In this document: positions 48,586 to 64,000 of the stretch, in pieces
How the letters are laid out: each line of letters starts with the position of its first letter
Position numbering within the stretch: the first letter of the stretch is position 1
Assembly (NCBI RefSeq): GCF_009834535.1
Contig: NC_045700.1
Location: 81,096,001 to 81,160,000 of the forward strand
Length of the DNA: 64,000 bases
Origin: Camelus ferus
Lineage: Eukaryota
Reading direction: 5' to 3'
Notes under the pieces: model-generated
Seen by the model: the letters and a program-made list of their open reading frames with translations, nothing else
Database searches by the model: none
Told to the model about the DNA's origin: nothing
Program-made: the position numbers and the translations under genes

Positions 48586-49752
48586 CATTCTGGCTCATGC
48601 TCAAGAGAGAGCTCCAAAGATTTTATTTTTAGGGTTCTCTAAGCCTTTGGTTATCTGAACATTTGTGAAGTGGGAGTAGGGAGAGAGGCAGCATTTATCT
48701 TTGTTTAGTCTATTCCAAACAAGGTTCTAAAAACTGGAAGCAGACAGTTCTAAAGCCATCAATGTAGAGAGAAAAATAATTAATAAATAAAATTCTTAAA
48801 ACCAAATGATTATAGTTTAACATGAAAAAAATTATTTAATATCAGACAGTTATATATTAAAACAAAATAAGTATTTACACAGCCCTGGAAGTCATTTAAA
48901 ATTAAAAACAAGTAAACAGGATATTAAAGCACAAAATATAATATCACTATATCAGGAGTCTTTCCAGAGCCTTGAGGGGAAGATCTCTAAAGTGACTGGG
49001 AAGCTCAGTGATTCTTCCACGGCTACCACCACAGCCACCACCATATGTAGACAATACACCAACAAAAAGTTCCAACTGGGTGAATCAAGTGTTCATTTTT
49101 ATTAAGATGAGCTGCCACAATAGGTGTATCACAAAGGAAGCTTTGGTTTGCAAAATGTAGATTGCTAACCAGAGGCTAGATGTGGTATCCTGGGGGGTTG
49201 GTTAACTTATCAATGACCCTGAATCTTTTCTTCTCTGCCATCTTCAGCATGTTGACTTGTCTTCTCGGCTGGGCTCCACTATGGTCACAAAATGGCTGCC
49301 TGAGTGCTAGATGTCACAGGTAATGTCCAGAGTAGAAATAAATAGATTATCTGCACATATAAAAGTTTTATTTAAATAATTTAAATTATTTAAATAATTA
49401 ATGAGGGAACTGGTAAAGAATACCTAAAGTTGGTTTTGAATGTTTTCAGGAAAGAAATGTATACATACCAATAAATTTAAAAAAATTGCTAGGTTAGATA
49501 CAAAACTGAGTAACATTCCACAGGGCTAAAAAATGACACCTTTTGGGTTAATGTTTCTTCATGACTATATAGGAAAAACATCTTGTCAATTTTCTACAGG
49601 TTCATATTGCAGAACTGTAAACACTATGCTTTTATCAGTAGTGGATTGCTAGTCAAATAGACTGTAAGAACAGTTGCATTCCCAAGAGTATCAGATGAAG
49701 GTCAAGTTGGCTTATTAGGAAAACTCTAGCATTATACTTAAAAAAGAATGAT

Positions 49753-49897
49753 GGGGGAGAGTATAGCTCAGTGATAGAGTGTATGTTTAGCATGCACGAG
49801 GTCCTTAGTTCAATCTCCCAGTATCTTCATTAAAACAAACAAACAAATAAATATCTAATTACTACCCCCCCAAAAAAAACTTAAAAAAAATAAAAAA
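49753..49897 (+). mobile_element. tRNA-Ala-derived SINE
   Basis: gggggagagtatagctcagtgatagagtgtatgtttagcatgcacgaggtccttagttcaatc, followed by the tail and poly-A; aatgat on both flanks. Confidence 0.85.
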
Positions 49898-50559
49898 TGA
49901 TCATCATTTTGTCTTTTTTTAAAGTTTGGGATAAATTTTTCTTTCAGATACAAATTGTTTTACATGCCTTAACAAAGGGGAATGAGGGAAGTTTAGTTAG
50001 CTAAGGGAAGTTGGGTTTTTTCCCAAACTGAAGTTTGTAGCCCCTTAATGGGATGGTGGGATGGAAATCAAAGTAGTGTATGGTAAGTAGCATTTTAAAA
50101 AAGTGAAATGTAACAGAATACCAAAGTATATCAAACATAATAAGGTCAAGTATCAGGTATGTATGTGTGTTGGGTTATAAAACGTAGTTCTAATGTGGGT
50201 AATATTTTAAAAGTTTGAAAAACTGACTTAGACCATTTAAGACATACTGGGGGCTGCAAGGGGACCCATGCAAAACACAACTGCTTGGAAAAGGATGATT
50301 AAAATCAGAGTTTTGTCTTCAAGGAGGGAGCAGGGGAATGGCTCTTGGGTAAGACAACCAATAGAGTGGTCTACAACAGGAGACTGAGTGGTGCTTGATT
50401 CTGCTGTTCTCATCCTCAGACCCCTTGAGCTACACAATCTTGGCTGCTGTGTGCCTTTAAGTGACCCACCACCTGCTTCATTACTTCAAGCTCAGGATGG
50501 CTCAAATATCATGAAAGTCTTCCTTTATTTCACTTTGTGACACTAGTTGTCCCCCAAAT

Positions 50560-50900
50560 ATCTGTTCTCCTTCACTGACATACAGGGGCAGGTTGGCTGT
50601 GCAAGTTAGACGTGGAGGAGTTATCATCCTCAGCAGTAACACCCAACTTATGGAAGACAGGAGTCAGCCCAGCCTCCTGTCCTTTTAGAAGGACAATTCT
50701 GAGGTGTATTTTATATACTTCCTCCTAGGGTTCCCAGTGGAACTGAGCTCCTATTACCACAGTAGTAACCTACTGGTTTTCCTTCCTTCCCTGTCCCCCT
50801 CCTTCCTACTCTCTTAACTCTGGCTAGGATTACCTCCTACATGAATTATCTACATCCAAATCCTTGTCTCAGGTTATGCTTTTGGGGGAACACAAACTTA
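50560..50900. mobile_element. Probable MLT1-type LTR fragment
   Basis: ggacaattctgaggtgtattt and caaatccttgtctcaggttatgcttttggggg resemble MLT1J/K ends. Confidence 0.5.
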
Positions 50901-52364
50901 GATACCCAACATAGGTCAGATGACTACTCCCAGACCAGTCATCTTTGGTAGGGACAGAAACATGGCTGCCCAGAGCCTACCCTAGGGTGTGAGGATGGGT
51001 TGAAAGAAGCAGCTGCCAGAATTTCCCAAAGGATTGGCCAAAGGTGTTCCATACACTAACTGAATATTTGGCTGAACTTTTGCATAAAGGTAGGTCAGGG
51101 TGTTTCCTGCAGATAAGGTCAGGATTTTTCTTTAAAAAATTTTCCTGAATACTTCATGCTTTCTTAGGAAATAGAATTTCTTTTCTTTTCTTTTTTTGCC
51201 TCAATTACAGCAACAGCCTTCTACCTGGTGTCCCTTCTTCCAATCTGTTCTCCACTCTAAAAGAAGAGTGACTTTCCCAAAATACAAATCTGATCATATT
51301 ACTCCTCTGCTTAAAGCTGTCTATAGTTTCTCATTATATTTGTTAAAATTCTCAATACTAAAGTGGCCTCTACAACCTGAGGTCCTGAGGTGATTTGACC
51401 CCTCTCTCCACCTTTATCACCTGCCAAGCTGCCTCTTACACCCTAAGATCCAGATGTTGCAAGCTTTTAAAAGCTCATCTAAAGGATCTTGTTCCTACTT
51501 ATCTCCAGGTCTTTGTCTCTGCTGTTTCCTCTGCTTGGAATACCATCTCCTTCCACCTCATTCCTTTCTCCCTTGATTTTCACCTACTCAATATCTACTC
51601 ACCCTCCAGGTTTTGGCTTGAATAACACTTGTCAACTTAAGAATGGGGGTAACTGAAATGTACTGCCATATTGCCCTGTACTTCCCAGTCTTTGCATGTA
51701 TCATCCAGTGACAGGCATGTGGGAGGACACTCAGTATATTGTTGAATGAAGGAAGGAATTGCATGGATTCTCCTGGGTTTTCTGGAAGGATTGCCCAAGC
51801 CAGCTTGGTGATTTTCACTTTAGGTGGAGCTGACTCCCATCCCCTGAACATGAAATGCAGGCCTGGCCCATCAGAACATCACATACCACAGGTCAGGGTT
51901 TGGTAGATGATCCAAGTCAAGGCAATAGGGCAAGTCAGAGATGACATTAGGCCTTCTACTTGAAGAACCAGGAAAAAAGGCTTTAATTTCCACTAGCCTT
52001 AGAGCTGTAAGGATGTAAGGCTCAGATACAGAGGGAAACAGACCCAAAAGTTGGAGGGACAGAGGGAGAAGAGAAGGCTCCTCATTTCCAATTGCAGCAT
52101 GGTTATTTCTACATTTTGGAGAACACTGTTCAACTCTAAGTCTATTTCACCTGTTTATCTGTCCTTCCCAAACTTATGGGAAGGTAAGGGTGCAAACAAG
52201 CCTATGCATGAGGGGACAGAGGGGCATGTGGGAAGCAAAACGTGCTCAAGTAGGTCTCAACCTGGGGCTCCCTAAGGCAAAGCAGGACATCAATCCAGTA
52301 ACTCTCTAGCTTCATTCAAGAAACATTTAATAAGTACTCAGAACATTCTAGGCTTGTGTTTTTC

Positions 52365-52515
52365 AAAGTGTAATACATGGATAACCCGTGTCAGAATTCT
52401 GGTATGCTTCCTACTGAATCAGAAGCCACCACCCACCTCCATCCTGCTCAGGAATCTGCATTTTAAACCAGCACCCAACAGGTGATTCGGATTCACAATG
52501 AAGTCTGAAAACCAC
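52365..52515. mobile_element. MER5-like element
   Basis: gtgtttttcaaagtg ... actgaatcagaa ... ggaatctgcattttaaac ... ggtgattc ... aagtctgaaaacca. Confidence 0.7.
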
Positions 52516-52859
52516 ATAGTTTCAGGCACGGTGCCAGGTGCTGGGGCCTAATACAAGGCAAGGGAGATGCGGTCCCTGACTGCCCAGTATATTTACATGG
52601 GGGAGTGAAGGAACAGCTAATTACAATACGGTGACAGGGTGCTAGAACAGAAGCAGGAAGCCCACAAAAGAGGAGCGCTTAGCTCAAACTGGGGAGGGTC
52701 AGAGAAGTCTTACAGAAAGGACATCGAAAATAAACCTGCAGGAGCTACAGCTCTGGAGAGAAATGCATTCTTCAGATAAATAAGGGCGTCATCAGCTTAC
52801 GGAGAGTAAGCACAGCAGTGGCCGTGAACAAATGGCTAGGGAGTGGGTGTAGAGTGAGA

Positions 52860-53800
52860 AGCGGGCGTAGGACTCAATTGTGATGACCCCAAACCACCCT
52901 AGACTTCCACTGTATCTTATGTCCTTCGTCGGCCCTTTCGCCCTTCGTGGAGCTTGGCCCGCGCCGAAGATCACCAACCCGTGTGAGGGCCACCCACTCA
53001 CCCAGAGCCATCCAGCTCCAAACCTTCCGGACCAAGGTGGGGCGGGGCTCGGCTTCTCCTGGGTGCTTCCCTTCGCCGCCCGGAGACTTCGCGGGACGTG
53101 CTCGCCCTGCGCGATGACGTCAGCGCGCCCGCGTGCGCCAGGGCAGGAGTGGGAGCTGCGGCCCGGGAGGCGCTGAGGCTCGGGTAACCTGGGCCCGGCC
53201 TGGGAGAGGCGGGGCAAGGGGTCCCCTAGATTGCGGGGTCGCGGTCCGGACCCGGAGCGGGAGTCCTAGAGGAGCTCAGCATCGCTTCTTCTCCCAGCAG
53301 GCCCTGCCCGGCCCAGCGATGGAGTTTCCGGACCTCGGGGCTCACTGTTCCGAACCGAGCTGTCAGCGTTTGGGTGAGGGGGTGGGGGGCGGAGCATGCG
53401 GGGGGCGGAGCCAGGCCGAGAGGGCCTTGGAACTGCAGGTTGTAGGAAGGGTGGGCTCCTGGACTGGACTTGCCAGAGAAGGGCGGGGCTCGAAGTTGGG
53501 GGCGTGGCTGAGATGATGGGCTAGGGCAAGGATACAGTTTATTGCCATTACGGTGGCGTTTTTCCCTCCCCTGAGTGGAAGGCTTGAGTGAGCGGGAACG
53601 ATGTCGAGGTCACGCTGGACCTGCAATCCGACCTGCTTCCTACAGATTTTCTGCCGCTCAAGTGCGACGCCTGCTCGGGCATCTTTTGCGCAGACCATGT
53701 AGCCTACGCCCAGCATCACTGTGGATCTGCCTACCAAAAGGTGAGGGGGCGTCTGAGGTCGAAAGGGGCCGCGTGGAGGATGCCTGCAGAATCTCTGGAA
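52860..53800. promoter_or_regulatory. CpG island / ZFAND2B promoter with a perfect CRE (TGACGTCA 53115-53122)
   Basis: CpG-rich, with GC boxes and the palindromic CRE. There is a likely 5' UTR donor (cgg|gtaacc near 53184) and a NAGNAG acceptor (cagcag ending at 53300). Confidence 0.8.
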
Positions 53801-55656
53801 TCCCTCTGCAGCTCATTTCCTCTCTCTCTCTCTTTTTTTTTTTTTTTCTTTCTGAGGCTCAGTGCAGGGAACATTGTGTTTCCTTTTGCGTTTATGTCGT
53901 GGGCATATCCAGGTTCTTTCAGGACCAGAGATTTGGTTGGACTGAGAGTAGGCCACAAACCGACCCTTGCTCCCTAACCACAGGATATCCAGGTACCTGT
54001 ATGCCCACTCTGTAATGTGCCTGTACCTGTGGCCAGAGGGGAGCCCCCTGACCGCGCTGTTGGGGAGCACATTGACCGAGACTGCCGCTCTGATCCAGCC
54101 CAGCAAAAACGTAAGGTAAGCATTGGAGGGGTTAACCATGGTCAGCTGGGACTGCAAATGCCTGGAAATCTGAACAACTGTTACGATGGAGTTTAAGGGG
54201 AATCAGAGTCTCAGAAAAGACAATTCTTCCTACTCCATCTCAGATCTTCACCAATAAGTGTGAACGCTCTGGCTGCCGGCAGCGGGAAATGATGAAACTG
54301 ACCTGCGAGCGCTGTACCCGAAACTTCTGCATCAAGCACCGTCACCCACTGGACCATGATTGCTCTGGGGAGGGGCACCAAACCAGTAGGGCGGGGTAAC
54401 TGCAACGGGGCCCTTTACTTGCCTTTGGGGCCATTCCATCCTTTTAGAACTGACTCAACTTCCATCATTATAGTTGGGAAGCTTCAACCTGTCCCCTTTA
54501 GCTACGGGAGTCTTATTTCCTTTCTAAGTGCATGTTTTCCAGACCTTTTGGAGGCGCTTCTCTCCTAACTTCCTGGGTCAGGCCTGGGGGGAAACTTGCA
54601 AGCTGCACCTGGAGGCATGCCACGGGTGTCTCTTCTACAGACTTGCCGCCATCTCCAGAGCACAAAGCCTAGCTTCTTCTACAAAGACCAACCCCAGCCC
54701 AAATCAGACCTTGCCTTCATCTACCTCTGCCAGCAGGTAGGCCTGCCTGTTTCTCCTCTCCCCTTTTTCCATTCACATCTCTGACCTCAGCCTCTTGAAT
54801 GTCTGCCGTAGAGCCACAACTCAGTCTCCATCTCGGACAGCCCCTCCAGTGATTGCTTTGCAAAATGGCTTGGTGAGTTGGGTAGAGGTCAGATTGACAA
54901 AAGCAAACTCAGTGAGAGCGAAGTCCAAGGCAACTGGTCTTATTTTCCCTTTTGCAGAGTGAGGATGAGGCTCTGCAGCGAGCCCTTGAACTGTCCCTGG
55001 CAGAGACCAAACCCCAGGTCCCAAGGTACCTACTCTCTGGTGAAAGAGGGTGGGATGTGGGCAAGGACTCTGGAGGGAGGTACGTAGGACCACTCTGCCC
55101 CAATGCATGATAATAGTTAGGAACCTGGGCTTAAAATTAAGTTTTTGAACTATATGACCCTTTGACAAGTTCTTTAACCCATTAGGGTCATAACTTCCTC
55201 TATAAAGTGGGGACAACACTAATACTTACCTAGTAAGGTTGCTATGAAAATTGAGGTATACTCAGAAGTGCTCAGCAGAGTGATGCGTAACAGATGAGAT
55301 GCTCACATTTTAGATACTATCATCCAGTTTAAGCCGTTCCTCTCTCCCAGTTCTCAGGAGGAAGAAGACTTAGCTTTAGCACAAGCACTATCAGCCAGTG
55401 AGGCAGAATACCGACAGCAGCAGGTATGGGGATGGGGTAGAAACAGGGATTTTCAGGGGGTGGGGGTGTTCTTCTGAGTGGTTTGGAATGATGTTTATCC
55501 TTTTATTTTCAATGTGACTCCAGCCCATGCTGAGCTCTGTAGGGAGGACTGTCCCCCTCATTTCCTTGACGTTGCACCCTGTCTTCCTCTTCTTCCCTCT
55601 CCTTGCTCCAGGCTCAAAGCCGCAGCTTGAAGCCGTCCAACTGCAACCTGTGCTAG
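53319..55656 (+). CDS. ZFAND2B: AN1-type zinc finger protein 2B (AIRAP-like), 258 aa: two AN1 fingers, two UIMs, C-terminal CaaX-like motif
   Basis: Exons 53319-53373, 53646-53740, 53984-54115, 54244-54395, 54641-54736, 54812-54872, 54958-55025, 55351-55423 and 55612-55656 total 777 nt. Translations include MEFPDLGAHCSEPSCQRLDFLPLKCDAC, SEDEALQRALELSL, EEDLALAQALSASE and PSNCNLC*. Confidence 0.97.
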
Positions 55657-55974
55657 GGCCTTGGGCTTGGGGAGGGAGGCTCAGCTGAGGAGGACTGTGG
55701 CCCTCGCACCTCTAGGGTCCACAGGGAGAGGAGGCCCGGAGCAGCCTGGACTGAAGATGAGGAGGAGTGACATGGAGGCCACCTCCAGGGAGCATCAGGA
55801 GAAACAGCTTGCAGAGCTGAGCCTACAGATGGCTCTGCTGGCCTGTCCAGCTGCACGGAAGAGAGCAACTCTGAACTATTCCCTGGCCAGGCCCCACTTA
55901 GACTCCTGCATCTTGTCATCTCCTGTATACTGGGGTTGACCCCACGTATAGGGGGCAGGGAGGGGCCTAGAAAG

Positions 55975-55980
55975 AATAAA
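55975..55980 (+). terminator. ZFAND2B polyadenylation signal
   Basis: AATAAA about 320 nt after the stop codon. Confidence 0.65.
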
Positions 55981-56138
55981 GGATCTTGGCAGTCAATAAG
56001 ACATCAAAGGGGTGTTTCTTTCTCCTCTCCGACCAAAAATGAAAGAGTCCTGTCAAGAATGCTTACCTGACCTAAGGGTAGAGGCCCACTGCAATCCCCA
56101 CACCACAAACTCACCGTGATCCTAGCACAGTCCACACT

Positions 56139-56144
56139 TTTATT
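56139..56144 (-). terminator. ABCB6 polyadenylation signal
   Basis: AATAAA on minus, about 140 nt after the TGA. Confidence 0.7.
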
Positions 56145-56285
56145 TCCCCAAAAAGTCCTTTTCTGAAAGGCCCCTTTCCTTCATTATAGCTAGCACCAAG
56201 ACCAGGATGAAATATGGCAGGGAAGAGGTATACAATGTATTTCCCTTGGAGCAATCCTTTGGGAGGGAAGTATCCACAACTTTTG

Positions 56286-62965
<6,680 letters not shown>

Positions 62966-63609
62966 GGCAATGTGTGGCCGCCCGCCAAGGCTGCGGGGAC
63001 TGTGAGACGTGAGAACTGGACCGGCCGCTCGGGGTGGGGCGCGGAATCCCAGATGTCTTGGGTCATGGAGCCTCAGGGCTATGCCGCGAGTGTCGTGGGA
63101 CAGGGACGCACGTGGACCCCACCACACCACCCACTCTCTTCGCGCACGCGCCGCCGTCACGCACTCACGCCGTCTCGGCCGCCCGCCCCACGCTCGCTGC
63201 CGGGGACCTTCGGGCCAAGTCGGGGCTCACGGGAATGTTCAGTATCTGACTCCAGCCGTTCCCTTCCGCAGCAGCCCCGTCCTCCAAGGCTGCCCCCCGC
63301 CCCTATCCAGGGTCCCCATTGGCCGAATGTCTCCGAAGGGGCGGGGAAAATAGTGCACGCACAGGAAGGCAAAATAGATCGGCTGAGCCGGCACGGTCAC
63401 GTGTTCAGGGCGGGAAATCTGACCGCACGTCCTGCCGGAGTCCTTGACCTCTACGGATCAGAAGCTGCCCTTCCGCTCTCCGACTAGGTCGGTATATCCG
63501 AGTTCCCACATAGGCCAGCTTTCCCACGGGGCGAACCCAGTCCCTACCCACCTGGGTGGATCACAACACCCAACTCCGCTTATCTAGCCGCGTGAGACAA
63601 CAAGCTGCG

Positions 63610-64000
63610 ACCTGGTCAACGTCCCTTCTTTATTAAGGATTGTTAAGCTGTACACGGTCCCCACCCCATTCCGCTGAGTTCGGGATGTGTCGTTCACCTC
63701 TCTCCCGCAGCGGACCAGGGCTGAGTGAGGGGTGGGGCGGAGGAAGGAGCTGAGTCCCAGCATGCAACGCGGCGGCCCAAAGCCTAGGGCAAAGCCGTTC
63801 CGTCGCCCCTCCATCCCCCTCTAGGGGACAGCGGGATGCAGACCAGAACTCTCTTGCTGGGAGATAAACAGCTGAGGGCACACTCCAGCCCTGTCCACCC
63901 CATGTGCAGGTGGTGGGGGATACAATAAGCAGCAGTGGGGCCCAAGAAGGCCTCAGTCTCCCGGGGGCTTATGCTAAAAGTTGGAGAAAGGAGCAAAGAA
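63610..64000 (-). other. ATG9A: Probable 3' UTR end of the next minus-strand gene (ATG9A by synteny)
   Basis: AATAAA on minus at 63629-63634. ATG9A lies immediately upstream of ABCB6 on the same strand in human. No ATG9A coding sequence is visible in the window. Confidence 0.5.

Noticed and set aside
53374-53410. G-run clusters just after first donors (also near 32935-32975 and 30940-30960) and G12 at 10713-10724
   Set aside because: G-rich first-intron 5' ends are commonplace in CpG-island genes, and nothing specific stands out.
62966-63160. 65-codon in-frame upstream extension of ABCB6 in the ORF track
   Set aside because: Non-ATG start in a CpG island. The known N-terminus MVTVGNYC begins at 62965.

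Overview
Mammalian genomic DNA, probably a camelid: it carries tRNA-Ala(AGC)-derived SINEs resembling the vic-1 family. The window is syntenic with human 2q35. Exons were reconstructed by hand from GT-AG junctions and remembered orthologue protein sequences, without running any alignment. Gene order: NHEJ1/XLF (minus; first four coding exons, the rest lies beyond position 1), SLC23A3 (minus), CNPPD1 (minus), RETREG2/FAM134A (plus, head-to-head with CNPPD1), about 15 kb of repeat-rich intergenic DNA, ZFAND2B (plus), ABCB6 (minus, complete, 19 exons), and probably the 3' UTR end of ATG9A. There are five N-gaps, three of which sit where coding exons are expected. The strongest anomaly is in SLC23A3: a +1 frameshift in exon 1 upstream of the QH motif and a second frameshift near the C-terminus, although all visible splice sites are intact. 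This is either recent gene loss or assembly error. Other leads are tandem CLEAR/E-box motifs at the RETREG2 promoter, several CTCF motifs, a uORF overlapping the ABCB6 start, candidate IHH enhancer sequence in the NHEJ1 intron, and a nested SINE. No prokaryote-type systems (CRISPR, operons) are present. Most ORF-track entries are chance ORFs or exon-plus-intron read-throughs.
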